A stretch of 64,000 bases of DNA, from the NCBI RefSeq assembly GCF_000143415.4, contig NW_003314336.1, positions 547,296 to 611,295 on the forward strand, given 5' to 3'. Origin of the DNA: Selaginella moellendorffii (lineage: Eukaryota > Plantae > Lycopodiophyta). The translations under genes were made by a program, and so were the position numbers. The notes beneath the pieces are model-generated. The model ran no database searches and was not told the DNA's origin. It worked only from the letters and a program-made list of their open reading frames with translations. The first letter of the stretch is position 1. Every line of letters starts with the position of its first letter. Positions 24,353-38,200 of this stretch are shown piece by piece.

Positions 24353-25040
24353 TGCTTTAGCTTTAAACTAACTTCCCGTAACCGATCTAACACTTTATCA
24401 ACATCATGGATGTTTTCTCCTACATTCTCTTTGAGCAGATTAATGCATCATTGATGAAGTTAAAAGTCACCTTCAGCATATCACAAAGAACTTTATCCAG
24501 CATCTTTTGGGAAGTTACCAAAGCATTGTTTAAACCAAATGGCATCACTAAGTACTCGTAGAAACCAAATGATGTATGAAAAGTAGTTTTAGGAATATTT
24601 TCTTTGGCCATCGGTACTTGTCAGTACCCAGAAGCAAGATTTAATTTGGTGGTTTAGTTACTACAAATTTACTCATTAAAAAGTTAATAACCAAATCTAA
24701 GTGACAAAAAAAATAAAAATCATGAATCAATTCAAAAATATCAACTAGTTAAAATATATGAACTAACGACTTCTTCCCAAACGATTCAAGAGATTAACAA
24801 TGTGAGGAAAAGGGTATACATCCAAGATCGTCACTTCGATTAATAAACAATAGTTGATGCAAAAACAAATTCTTCTATCATGTTTTTTCACAAGATGAGG
24901 TTCATATGCCTAAGGATTTTGTGATTTTTGAATAACACCCCTTTCCAACATTTTTTTTACATTTGCATGTAAATCTTGATTTTTTTGGGTGACCGATGAA
25001 GAACTGAAAGCTTGATTAAATGAGCATCCTCATTTGGAAT
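24353..25040 (-). mobile_element. Gypsy RT fragment (family of 59110-63610)
   Basis: KTTFHTSFGFYEYLVMPFGLNNA; collinear continuation of 15700-16267. Confidence 0.85.
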
Positions 25041-25365
25041 TGTAAGCAACTAAATTTTCCATTTTACTTTAGTCATTTAACCACACCTCCAACCATTTGG
25101 AGGAGTCTTACTAACAACCTCTATAAGTCCTATGTGAGACACAAATTCCTAAACCCCAAAGTGGAGCCAAAAGGGTGCCACGTGGTAGTGGCCGAAGTGA
25201 AAGCCAAACAAGTGTAACACGTTTGGACTAAAATCTTCGACTTAAAAGGTCGAGAGCAGGAGTGAAATTCCCAATGAAGTGCTCGAGGAACAACCACGAA
25301 GCGAGCAATAAGTGAATCTTTAGAAAAGGGACACAAGAGGACCAACACATGACACGTAGAAGTGT

Positions 25366-25800
25366 CTGAGATGGAGTCCAAGAAGGAGTCTGAGATGGAG
25401 TCCAAGATGGAGTCCAAGATGGACCTGAGATGGAGTCTGAGATAGGGTCCAAGATGGACTTGAGATGGAGTTCGAGATGGAGACTGTGATGGAGTCCGAG
25501 ATGGAGTCCGAGATGGAATCTGAGATGGACCTGAGATGGAGTCTGATATGAACTCGAGATGGAGTCCAAGATGGAGTCCGAGATGGAATCTGAGATGGAC
25601 CCGAGATGGAGTTCAATATGGATTTGAGATTGAGTCCGAGATGGGTCCGAGATGGAGTCCGAGATGGACCCGAGATGGAGTCCAAAATGGAGTCTGAGAT
25701 GGAGCCAAGATGGAGTCTGAGATGGACTCGAGATGGACCTGAAATGGAGTCCGAGATGGAACTGAAACCGAGACTAAGTCTAAGTTCGAGTCTGAGTCCA
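25366..25800 (+). repeat. Tandem array of 12-bp unit GAGATGGAGTCC within LTR
   Basis: Roughly 30 degenerate units. Confidence 0.95.
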
Positions 25801-28747
25801 AATAGCAATCATTCCCCGAGGGGGGGGGGGGGATCAGGCTGGCTGGCTGTAGGGGGTTCCAAAAGTATAGTAGGGAGAGTGTGGGGGTTGGACCCTAATG
25901 GAGTTAGTTTGGCCAAGAAAGGCTAGTTTGGCCCAGAAAGGCTATGCCCAATTGTTAGGTGATGAGATAACCATTGAGAAGTCCAAAGCTAGAGTGAATA
26001 TAGACCAACAAGCAGGGTAACTTGGTGAAGTGTTCAAAAGCCGGCTCTAGTTCCCTTGGGAAATTGAATGGTCGATGCTTCCAGTCCAAGCATGGGTGGC
26101 ACTACCTACTTGGATACTTGGTGTAGCTTAACATAACCTTGCTTTAAGCCCATAGCTAGAGCACCCAAAGGCGAAAGGTGGGGAGAGTACCCATGAGGCT
26201 TGCGTAGGGCCATAGTGTTCTGAAATGTTGTCCCAAAGTCCTGGACTGTGGAAAGGAAGAGGAGTAGTCCTCTAGTATGGTGACCAAGGATACGGTCACA
26301 TAGTAAGGAAGTCCGAGGAGTGGGTCTATCCTTGAGGAGTAGCAAGTTGGGAGGACATGGCTCTCCACTATAGTTCATGTGTGAGCCTGTAGGCAAGGTG
26401 GTGGATAAAAAAGGGTGAATAAAGGAACGACTTTGGGATCTTGGGACCAGTATAAAGTTTTCTTCAGAGAGTTGGAAATGTGATCCAGATGAGCGTTTGA
26501 CTCAGCAAACTGGCTAATATAATTGTGGTAAATAATTATAGTTGGGATCATGGGAAATATAGAGACTCCAAAACAATAAAGGAGTCACAAGATTATCCTC
26601 ATATAGTTGAGGTTAGTGCTCATGAATTGGAGACCAAAATTAATGACCATGGGAGGTTAAATACGGAAGAGGACACAAGTCCTTAACATGGTAGTTGAGG
26701 CTACCCTTAATAAATGCTAGAACAACCCAAGGGATTGGGGGTGTACTTAGAGAATGAGTTGGTATTCTTATCACATGAATATATAGTCCTAAGGGGCAAA
26801 GGTAGCCATATAGAATAAAGAATAATCAAGTGTCGAAGTAACACTTGAAAAAATGGTCCTTATATGTAGGACATAAATATAAGAAATTGTATTCTAATGA
26901 GCTAGCACCTCATGGGACCTTATAAATCGTCAGATTAGTGAAGTCCAAAAAGCTAGATGACTCGAATGGAGCCAAGGAATGGTCTTAAAGGATTGGTGAA
27001 AGCATTTGAACTGAGGTGTGTTATACCCCACAAAAGATAAGGAGGATTATAAGATCCAAATGTGAAAACAGTGGGTATCTCATTGATGGTAAAATGTGCT
27101 ATACTAAAGGTATGGGAAAGTGTTTCCCAAAAGAAAGCAACTTTGACACAAAGTTGTGTGTAAACTATATTGTGTAATACTAACAGATAATTGACATGAG
27201 AAACAACTGTATTAGTCTTGGCAAAGACCTAGATACAAATAAAAAGTGTCATAAAGGTAGGTTCGTGGAGTTAATGGTGTGGAAACACCGAATGTGCCAA
27301 GGCATGATGCCTTGAGGTCAAGTTCGTAAGTTCATGAGAACCCCTTCCCAAAGGAATCCTAATGGAAATGGGAATGGCATAGCGTAAATTGGAAGGCATG
27401 CGGTTAGAGTGTGGTGACCCAAAATAATGATAGAGGTGTGGAAGCACTAGCAATGAGTTGCAGGACTTGATAACTATGACGCAACTAAGCAAAAAGGTGC
27501 AAAATAATTAATTGAACTAGTAGAAGGTAACTACCTAAAACTTTTTATTAGGATAAGGAAGTTAGACATACCCTTATGGGGGATAAATTGCTCATGTTGC
27601 GATATAGTAAGTCAATGTCATAAAGAGAATGCTCATTACCAAAGAAAGCTATCATTGGGACATCCAAACACTCTAAAACACTAGGAAATGGTGTTTGGTG
27701 TCATGAGGGCATTAAATAAAGCCCAAGGCACTAAATCCCTAGCAAATGATGTATAAGAAGTGTTATCCAAACATCCAAGGTTGTGGAGACAAGAGAAATT
27801 TATATATCCGAATTGGACAAAGCCATAAAGGGATTTTGGTAAGGCTAGTCATAGACATATAAAGGCCTATAAGTAGCAACGTTAATCCCAGTGTGTAGAA
27901 TTACAAGGTGAGCATACTCGGATTGAGGAACCACTCCTTAGGCTATCAAGTAAGTTCATCCCTATGAATACTTGCTAAGGCATGGTAGAAAGTGCAAAGC
28001 TATCCTCCTAGTCTGGATGAGAATGATTGAAGGAAACGTATAAAGCTAAAAAACAAATAATAAAGGGATAGAACCGAACCATAGGAATCGAAGGGTATAA
28101 CTAAGGGTGGTTATACAAGTTGAGAGTGGAGAATCAAATGGGGGCTCGAACGGTTTGTTATTAGCAACCGTGATGCTATGGAGAGTTTAAATATAGAATT
28201 ATCTATATTAGACCATATGGTAATTAGAAAGCTTGCAAAAAAGAGAGGCCTTAGCAAGCTAAAGAATAGAGTTCCTTAAAAGTTCCCAAAGACGATTCTA
28301 AGTAGATAAGTACTTATAAAGCCAAGTATAAATGGTTTATAGAGCGCACAAAATCAAAAAGTTGCAGCAGAAGCATGGTCTTGAAGCTTGCTTTATCAAG
28401 GTTAAAGAAGTAATTCTTAAGTGTTCAAAGAGAGGGCTTTGAAAAAAAGTCGATGATTAAGGATTTTCATGCTTGTGCATGAACCATATTACGGTGGTTG
28501 GATGACTTGCTAGGTGAGATTAGCAAATTGGGGGAATAAATACCCTAATTGAAGGTGCTAACTTCAAAAAGGGTGGCCCATGGAGCCAAGCATATGGAAG
28601 AGTCCATGCATGACACAGATATGTCAAATGAAAGGATTTGGCAATATGGCTTTCATTTGACAATATGGAGGAATTAAGTTCCTAAACTATGATTTGTAGC
28701 ACGCTTTAAGTATAAGTTGGTGCACCAGCATGGAGAGTCATGCCAAG

Positions 28748-28942
28748 TGTAAACTCCTGAATTTGGACTTCCCAGGAGGTCACCCAGCCCAGTACTATTC
28801 AAACCCAAGGACGTTTAACCCCAAATATCCCAAGACCCTTAACCAATTGGAAAAGGGGGTGCACTCTTGTTTATGGGCCCTTTCCCTCTATATTTAAACC
28901 CCTATGGATCGTCTCTCGAGTCGTTCCCTTTGATTGCTTACA
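28748..28942 (-). mobile_element. Cassandra-like solo LTR with 5S rRNA-derived domain
   Basis: TG...CA ends; near-TSD CCAAG/CCAAA; minus strand GGTTAAACGTCCTTGGGTTTGAATAGTACTGGGCTGGGTGACCTCCTGGGAAGTCC resembles the 5S rRNA A/IE/C-box region; absent at the equivalent site in copies D2 and D3. Confidence 0.88.
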
Positions 28943-30278
28943 CCAAACATCTTGTATGATACCATCTGTAAATGCATATACGGAGGTTGGGTTTGAGTCC
29001 TGACCCTCTAGTGCTTGAGTTCGAGTCCTAACTCACTAGGGTGAGGTGATGGTTTGGAATATAAGGACACTCATTTTTCAATGATCATGGACTCTTAATA
29101 ACGAGACTAGCTTAGGGCCACCACCAAGTGGGGGATGCCTCGGAGTCGTGATGCACGGTTAGATTGTTTAATGTGAAAGCTTAGCATATCTAACTTGAAC
29201 ACTTTGGTGCAAGTGGCACCAAGGATGTAATGAATGAGATAGGGACACCCAATCTTAGTTGTTATGGACCCTTGGTTAGAAGGGTTGGCTTGGGCGCACC
29301 ACCAAATGTGGGGGATGCCCCCGGGGTTATGGTCAACAACTTAAAGGTCTGGAAGACCTATTATCTATTGGCAAACCTATTAAAGTGCCAAGATGAGACT
29401 ATTAAGTGATCTTGTGGCTAAATAAGGATAAGGTTCTTTTTTGGGTAAGGAATAAAGTTCTTAGTTCAGAGTATTAATTTGAACTAATAATAATGGTGTG
29501 GCTTAGTCAAGGTGACCAAGTGGGAAGAACACTTAAAGGAAATGAGCTATATCAATGCGATGGCATAGTGAGTCCAAAGAAAATAGTTTTTATGAGAGAT
29601 CCATGGGAGGGTCACAAAGTTGGGCCATGGATGGGGTATATAACAGAAAATGCTAAAAAGATCTATTAGGGGTGAGCACCCTTTGGACTTGGCAAAGTGG
29701 AGTTTTTGCTATGGAACCGAAAGAATACCTTAAGGATGGAGGTAGTGATCCTATGTTTCTTGGTGCAACAATCAACGGATAGGAGCAAAAGACTAGTGGC
29801 TAAGAAAAGAGCCATGGGAATCATGGGATAAAACCCAAATGGCAAAGTTAAGCCTGAAACACTAATGTGTTAGATGCTAAGAGATTGTGGGAAGGTAATG
29901 TGTTTCCAAGGATGGATTCCCAATTGCTTCGATTTAGCGAAGGTGGAAGCTCCAAGGGAGGAGCAGTAGCCAAATGATAGGGCTGTGGATAGCCCTAGCA
30001 CTGTGGACAGTCCGAGTCTAAATACTAATACAGAGTATTGGGTGAAAGCCCAAAGTGATTGTTCCCCATAGGGGGGGCGGGGGGTTCCAAAAGTATAGTA
30101 GGGAGAGTGTGGGGGTTGGACCTTAGTAGAGTTAGTTTGGCCAGGAAAGGCCAGTTTGGCCCAGAAAGGCCAATTTAGCCCAGGAAGGCCATGCCCAGCT
30201 GTTGGGTGATGGGATAACCACTAGGAAGTCTAAGGCTAGAGTGAATATGGACTGACAAGTGAAGTAGCTTGGTGAAGT

Positions 30279-33200
30279 AGGTAGTGCCACCCACACTTGG
30301 ATTGGGAGCATTAACCATTCGATCTCCCGGGGGAACTAAAGCTGGCTCTTGAATACTTCACTAAGCTACCCCACTTGTCTGTCTGTATGCATTCTAGCCT
30401 TGACCTCCCAATGGTTATATAATCACCCAACATTGGGTATAGCCTTTTTGGGCCACACTAGCCTTTTCTAGCCAAATTGGTTCCATTAGAGTGCAACCTC
30501 ACATTCTCCCTACTATACTTTTGGAACCCCTGCAGCCCCCCCCCAGGGGACAATCACTTTGGGCTTTCACCCCACAATCTATATCAGTATTTGGATTTGG
30601 ACTCGGACTCGGACTCAGACTCGGACTTAGACTTGGTCTCAGTCTTGGTTTCATTCCTAGTCTCGGTCTCTATCACGGGTCCATCTCGAGTCCATCTTAG
30701 ACTCCATCTCAGATCCATCTTAGACTCCATCTCGAGTCCATCTCAGACTCCATCTCAGACTCCATCTCAGACTTCATCTCGGGTCCATCTCTGGCTCCAT
30801 CTTGAACTCCATCTCGGGTCCATCTTGAACTCCATTTGGGGTCCATCTCGGATTCCATCTCGGGTCCATCTCGGACTCCATCTCGGACTCCATCTTAGGT
30901 CCATCTTAGACTCCATCTCAGACTCTTCCACGTGTCATATGTTGGTCCTCTTATATCCCTTTTCTAGAGACTCACTTATTGCTTGCTTCATGCTTATTCC
31001 TGGAGCCCTTTATTGGGAGTTCCATTCTTGCTCTCGACTTTTCAAGTCGAAGCTTTTAGTCTAAACATATTACGCTCATTTAGCTTCTGCATCAGCCACC
31101 ACCATATGGCACCCTTTTGGCTCTACTTTGGGGATTAGGGATTTGTGTCTCATAATTCCACCACCTATAGATGAAGCTCGATGTCCTTGTTGAATGATAA
31201 ACCATTTTATAAAATAACCCCATCATGGATTACCACTTTTCATCCTTGGCACCCAACCAATATCTATCAATGGTTTGACACCAAAAGCTCACCGTGCTTT
31301 GTCCATCCTCTAAGGAGCATAGTCTTTCCAACTTAGAGACTCATTAGACTACTGATGCTGGTCCTTCCCCCCTTTTTTTTTGTTTATTTAGTTCATGCTA
31401 AACTCGTTTTCAATTTCACTACTCATTCAAGAGTAGTCTCGGCCTTTACTAACATAACCATTGCACTCTAGAGCTTTAATATTGATATCTCAAATCAATT
31501 TCCTAGGTGTGTCTGACACCTTGTATTGCACCAGTTATAGGAAGTTCTTTACTAGAGGGCATCATCATATTTTCTTTCATTTCATGCCATCGTTGGCACT
31601 AAGTTCCACTTATCCATAACTCATATTAGGGCTATCCATGGCCCTATCATTTAGCTACTTTACCACTTCATATATTTTAAAGCTTTTACCTTCGCCAAAT
31701 TGGAGCATTTAGGAATTCATCATTGGAAATATATTTCCTTTCCCACAATTCGTTAGCATTGCTTAAGTTTGCTATTTAGATTCCTTCTAATGATTTTTAT
31801 GGCTTAATCTCGGCCACTAATCTTTTGCTTCTATCCTTTGATTGTTGCACTATGCAACATAAAATCACTACCTCCATCCTTGAGATATCTTTTTTGTTTC
31901 ATAGTGCTTTGCCAAGTTTAAAAGGTGTTTATCCATAATAAATATCTATAGCATTTTCTGCTGTGGGCTCTATTCATGGCCCAACCTTGAGACCCACCCA
32001 TGAGTCCTTTTCTTAGAGACTATTTTCTTGGACTTACCATACTATTGTATTGTTACAATTCAGTTCCTTTAGGTGTCTTTCCCACTTAGTTACTTTGACC
32101 AAGCCATACGATTACCAATAGTTCAAATCAACACTTTGAATTAGAAAATTCACAAGGATCTTATCCTTGTTTAGCTATAGATAATCTAGTGATTTAACTT
32201 TGATACCTTAACAGGTTTATTAATAGGTACTAGGTCTTCCAGACTTTTAACTTGTTGACCATGATCTCAGGGGCATCTCTCACACTTGGCAGTGCACCCA
32301 AACCAGCCCTTTCAGCCAAGGGTTCATAACAACTAAGATTGGGTGTCTCTATTTCATTCACCATGTTCTTAGTGCCACTTGCATTAAAGTGTTCAAGTTA
32401 GATATGCTAAGCTTTCACACTAAGCTATTTAACTGTGCATCACAACTTTGGGGCATCCCCTTCTTGGTGGTGTGTCCAACCTAGTCTCTTTATTAAAAGT
32501 CTATGACCACCGAAAAATAAGTGTCCTCATATTCCAAACCATTACCATGCCCTATCGATTTAGGACTCGAACTCAAGCACTATAGGGTTGGGACTCAAAC
32601 CTAACCTCCGTATATGCATCTATGAATGGCATCACCCAGGATGCCTGGTGTAACTCCCCATACTAGTGCACCAACTTATACCCAAAACGGTTTATAAATC
32701 ATAGCTTAGGAACTTACTTCCTCTGAACTACCAAGTCCTCTCACTTGACAAATCTATGATTATATATGGATTCTTCCATGCTTAGCCTTATAAGCCACCC
32801 CTTTTGAAGTCAACACCTTCAACTAGGGTCTTTGTTCCTCGACTTGCCAATCTCGCTCAGCAAACCATCTGATTAGTGTAACATGGTTTCATGCATAAGC
32901 GTGAAAGTCCTTAACCATCGATTTTTGTTCGAAGCCATTTTTTTAAACACTTAGGAACTATTTCCTCTACCTTGATAGCCTCGCCTCATGGCAAGCTTCA
33001 ATAACCACGCTTTTACTGTACCACTTTGATTTCTTGCATTTTATGAACTATTTATATTTGTCTTTTTAGATATTAACCTACCTAAAATTGTCTTTGAGAA
33101 CTTTGAAGGGACTATGTCCCTTAATTTTTTAAAGCCTCTCCTTTTGCAAGCTTTTTAATTGTCATATGGTCTAACATGAACAATTCCATATCTTAGACTT

Positions 33201-33715
33201 TCCATAGCATCATAGTTGACAATAACAACACTTTTGAGCACCCATTTAATTCTCCACTCCCAACTTGCATAACCACTCTCAATTACCCTTCGATTATTAT
33301 AGTTCAATTTTATCCCTTTACTACTTGTTTTTGGTCTTAAACGTTTCCTTCAGTTATTCTCCTCTAGACTAGGAGGATAAATTTGCACTTTCTATCATGC
33401 CTTAGCAAGTATTCTTAAGGATGAACCTACGCGATACCCTTGGGAGTGGTTCCTCAATTCAAATATGCTCACCTTGTAATTCCACACATCGGGATTAACA
33501 TTGTTACTTACATATCTTCATATACTTGTCACTAGCCTTACCAAAATCTTTTTTGGCTTTGTCCAGATAGACAAACCTTTCCCGTCTCCATAACTTTAAA
33601 CATTGGATAACACCTTTTATCCATTATTCGCTAGGGACTTAATCCCTTGGGCATTATCTAATGCCCTCATGACACTAAATACCACTTCTTGTTGTTTTAG
33701 AGTGTCTAAATGTTT
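30279..33715 (-). mobile_element. LARD-like element copy D2 (3' LTR part plus interior); resumes at ~39665-39830 after the nested D3
   Basis: Aligns with D3 34500-38215; 12-bp array at ~30600-30925; LTR start near 31155. Confidence 0.8.
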
Positions 33716-34370
33716 GTAAGTGACTAATTTTTCCATTCTACTTTAATCACTTAACTACACCTCCGACCACTTGGAAGAATCTCACTCACAACTTCCATAA
33801 GTCTTATTTTGGACTTAAGGACTTGTTAGCCCCAAAGAATGGCATCCATGCCACTCAACCATTGCACTTGGTCCAAGTGCTCCATGTGTTCGATCCCATG
33901 ACCAACACCCCAAGGTACCATTGACATATTAGCCCATTACGCTAAGGCCATGCCCATTCACTTTAGTCATACCAATGGTCTTACACCATTTACATTACAG
34001 TCTCGTCTCTCAAAGATTGGATCATCCGTTCATGAGTGATCATCCCAGATCCACTCCTTAGCATCCTAAGATGCCCACAGACATGGGGAATAGCCTTCCC
34101 CAATATCCCTTTTCCGGTCCCCACCAAGTCCCTTTCTGCCCACGGCCGTGTTCACCAACACTGCCACTGGATCAAGGCCCACGGACCCGACCACTAAGTC
34201 CCACGGCCCTTTGGGACTTCCTCACCACCCGATTGTATCCTTGGTCACTACACCAGAGGACTACTCCTTTTCCTTTCCACAATCTGCGCCTTTGGGACAA
34301 CATTTCGGAACACCGTGGCCTTACACGAGCCTCATGGGTTCTCTCCCCACCTTCTGCCTTTGAGTGCTCT

Positions 34371-34470
34371 NNNNNNNNNNNNNNNNNNNNNNNNNNNNNN
34401 NNNNNNNNNNNNNNNNNNNNNNNNNNNNNNNNNNNNNNNNNNNNNNNNNNNNNNNNNNNNNNNNNNNNNN
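34371..34470. other. Assembly gap (100 N)
   Basis: Run of N. Confidence 1.
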
Positions 34471-34664
34471 GTCAGTCCGGGTTCCCTTTAGTCTGGGACT
34501 TCCCAGTGGGCAGCTCATCACCCAACACTAGGTACAGCTTCTTGAGCTAAACTAGTCTTTCCTGGCCAAACTGGCTCCATTGCAGTCCTCCCCCTCTACT
34601 ATACTTTTGGAGCTCACCAAACCCCCTAGGGTCTGGGAGACGAACGCTTTGGGCTTTCACCCTC

Positions 34665-35230
34665 TCAGACTCAAACTCGGACTTGGACTCGGACTTGGAC
34701 TCGGGCTTGGGCTCGGTCTCGGCCTCGGTCTCGGTCTCGGTCTCGGTCTCAGTCTCGGTCTCGGTCTCGGTCCCGGTCTTGGTCTCGGTCTCGGTCCCGG
34801 TCTTGGTCTCGGTCTCGGTCTTGGTCTCGGTCCCATCTTGGACTCCATCTCAGACTCTATCTCGGACTCCATCTCGGGTCCATCTCAAACTCCATCTCGG
34901 ACTCCATCTTGGGTCCATCTCGGACTCCATCTCGGGTCCATCTCGGAATCCATCTCGGGTCCATCTCGGACTCCATCTTGAACTCCATCTTGGGTCCACC
35001 TCAGACTCCATCTCAGACTCCATCTCAGGTCCACCTCGGACTCCATCTCAGACTCCATCTCAGGTCCACCTCGGACTCCATCTCGGACTCTATCTCGGGT
35101 TCCATCTCAGGTCCATCTCGGTCCATCTTAGACTCCACCTCGGACTCCAACTTGAGCTCCAACTCGGACTCCATCTCGGACTCCACCTTGGACTCCAACT
35201 CGGATCCATCTCAGGTCCATCTCGGACACT
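34665..35230 (+). repeat. 6-bp (CTCGGA/CTCGGT) array grading into a 12-bp GGACTCCATCTC array within LTR
   Basis: Directly visible tandem periodicity. Confidence 0.95.
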
Positions 35231-38200
35231 TCCATGTGTCATGTGTTAGTCCTTTTGGGTCCCTTTTTGGAGCCTCGCTTATTGCTCGCTTCGTGTTTGT
35301 TCCTCAAGCCCTTTGTTGGGAGTTCCACTCCCGCTCTCGACTTTTCAAATCGGAGCTTTTGGTCCAAATGTGTTACACTCATTTGACTTTCGCTTCAGCC
35401 ACTACCACGTGGCACCCTTCCGGCTCCACTTTGGGGCCTAGGGATTTTGTGTCTCACAACTCCACCATCCATAGACGAAGTTCGATGTCCTCATCGAACG
35501 GTAAACCATTTTTATAAAGTAACACCAACATGTATTACCTTTTCCATCTTTAGCACCTAGCCAATATTCGTCAATGGTATGACACTGAAAGCTCACCATG
35601 CCTTCTCCATCCTCTAAGGCGCATAGCCTCTCTGACATAGAGACTCGATCGACCACCTATGGTGGTTCTTTCCTTTTCATTAGTTTAGTTCTTGCTAAAC
35701 CTGTTAAAGGCACCTCCTCTATTTCAATCCCATTACTCACTCCTGAGTAGCCTCAGTTCCCATTGATATAAACTTGCATTCTGGAACTTTTAAATTTGAC
35801 TTGTTAGAGTCAATTTATTGCACATATTGTGCAACTCCACTTCCCCATCTTTGGAAGTTCTCTATTTGAGGGCGCCATCATCCTCTTTCCCATTTTGTGC
35901 AACCTTTTGGCACTAAGTTCCAGTTATCCTATTTCGTGCTAGGATTGTCCACGTCCCTATCATTTGGCTAGTTTACCGCTCCCTGTCATTAGAGCATCTG
36001 CCACGATGTTGCTCTTCCTAGGCTTGTACAGAATCTCGCAATCAAACTCGACCAAAGCATTGGCCCACTGACCCTATTTCCCCCTGTGACAAGAAGTGTT
36101 TCATTGCCACATTGTCCATGTAAACCTTGAAGTGTCTCCCAAGGTCGGAGCTTCCACTTTCGTCAAATCAAAGCAATTGAGAATCCATCCTTGGAAACAC
36201 ATTGTCTTTCCCACAATTCGTTAGCACCCAACACATTAGTGTTTTTGGCCTAACTTTGTGTTTTGGATTCTTTCCTATGATTCCCATGGCTCTTTTCTTA
36301 GCCACTAGTCGTTTGCTCCTATCCTTGATTGTTACACCTAACAACATAGAATCATTACCTCCACTCTCAAGGTATCCTTTCAATTCCATAGCAAAGACTT
36401 TGCTTTGCCAAGTCCAGAAGGTGTTCACCCTTAATACGTCCCTTTAGCATCTTCTGATGTGGGCTCTATTCACGGCCCAACTTTGAGACCCTCCCATGGG
36501 TCCCTTGTAGGGATTACTTTCTTTGGACTCACTATGCTATCGCATAGTCACAAATCATTTCCCTTAGGTGTTCTTCCCACTTGGTCACCTTGACTAAGCC
36601 ACACCATCATCAATAGTTCAAACCAACACTTTGAACTAGGAACTTTATCCCTTAACCTCACAAGGACTTTATCCTTGTTTTAGCCATAAGATCACCTAGT
36701 GATCACACCTAGGCACCTTAATAGGTTTGCCAATAGGTATTAAGTCTTCCAAACCTTTAAGTTGTTCACCATGATCCCCCACACTTGGTGGTGCACCCAA
36801 GCCAGCCCTTCCAGCTAAGGGTCTATAGCAATTGAGACTGGGTGTCCCCATTTCATTCACCTCGTCTTTGGTGCCATTTGCATCAAGTGTTCAAATTAGA
36901 TATGCCGAGCCACACTAAGCAATCTAACTGTGCATCATAACTTCAAGGTATCCCTCGCTTGGCAGTGTGCCCAAACCAGTCTCCTCACTGAGAGTCCATG
37001 ACCACCGAAAAATGAGTGTCCTCATATTCCAAACTATCACCACGCCCTAGTGATTTGGAACTTGAACTCAAACACTAAAGGGTTGGGACTCAAACCTAAC
37101 CTCCATATATGCATCTACAGATAGCATCGCACAGGATGCCTAGTGTGACTCCCCACGCCGGTGCACTAACATATACTTAAAGCACGCTATAGATCACAGC
37201 TTAGGAACCTAGTTCCTTCACGCTGCCAAATCCACTCATTTGGCAAATCTATGATCATGCATGGACTCCTCCATGCTCGGCCCCATGGGCCACCCCTTTT
37301 GAAGTTAGCACCTTCGACTAAGGGATTTGTTCCCTTGACTTGCCATTCTCGCTTAGCAAGTCATCCGGCCACCATAACATAGTTCATGCATAAGTGTGAA
37401 AGTTCTTAACCATCGACTTTCGTTCAAGCCCTCTCTTTTAACACTCAGGAACTACTTCCCCAACCTTAATAACCTTGCCTCATGGCCAGCTTCAAGACCA
37501 CGCTTCTGCTATGCCACTTTGATTTCGCGCGCTCTAAGATCCATTTACACTTGGCTTTCTAGGTACTTATCTACCTAGAATTGTCTTTAGGAACCTTCAA
37601 GGAACTTTGTTCCTTAGTTTGTTAAGGCTTCTCCTTTGCAAACTCCCTATTCACCATATGGTTTAATATGGATAATTCCACATTTTAGACTCTCCATGAC
37701 ATCGTGGTCGTTAATAATAATTTGCTCAAGCACCCACTTGATTCTCCACTCCCAACTCGCATAACCACCCTTGGTTATGCCCTTCAATTCCTATAGTTCA
37801 GTTCTATCCCTTTACTACTTTGCTTTTTGGCCTTATATGTTTCCTTCGGTTATTCTCCTCCAGCCTAGGAGGATAGCTTTGCACCTTCTACTATGCCTTA
37901 GCAAGTATTCATAAAAATGAACTTACCCGATAGCTTAGGGAGCGGTTCCTCAATCTGGGCATGCTCACTTTATAATCCCATACACCGAGATTAATGTTGC
38001 TACTTATAGGCCTCTATATGCCCATCACTAGCCTTGCCAAAATCTTATTTTCGGTTTTGTCCAAATCAGGTAGATGGATTTCTCCCATCTCCAGAACTTT
38101 GGACGTTTGGATATTACCTTTTATCCATCATTTGCTAGGGTCTTATTCCCTTGGGCCTTATTTATTGCCCTCGCAACACTAAACACCACCTCTTGGCATT

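Larger units (their letters stand above)
25133..30278 (+). mobile_element. LARD-like non-coding LTR element, copy D1
   Basis: LTR starts TGTGAGACAC and contains the 12-bp array; interior is the reverse complement of 35458-39570; partial 3' LTR at ~30010-30278; inserted beside an opposite-strand LTR end at 25041-25130. Confidence 0.8.

Noticed and set aside
25228-25926. ORFs with SISD/TPSQ/HLGL repeats (also 30477-31064, 34580-35517, 49861-50116)
   Set aside because: They are translations of the 6/12-bp LTR arrays, open in several frames on both strands; not genes
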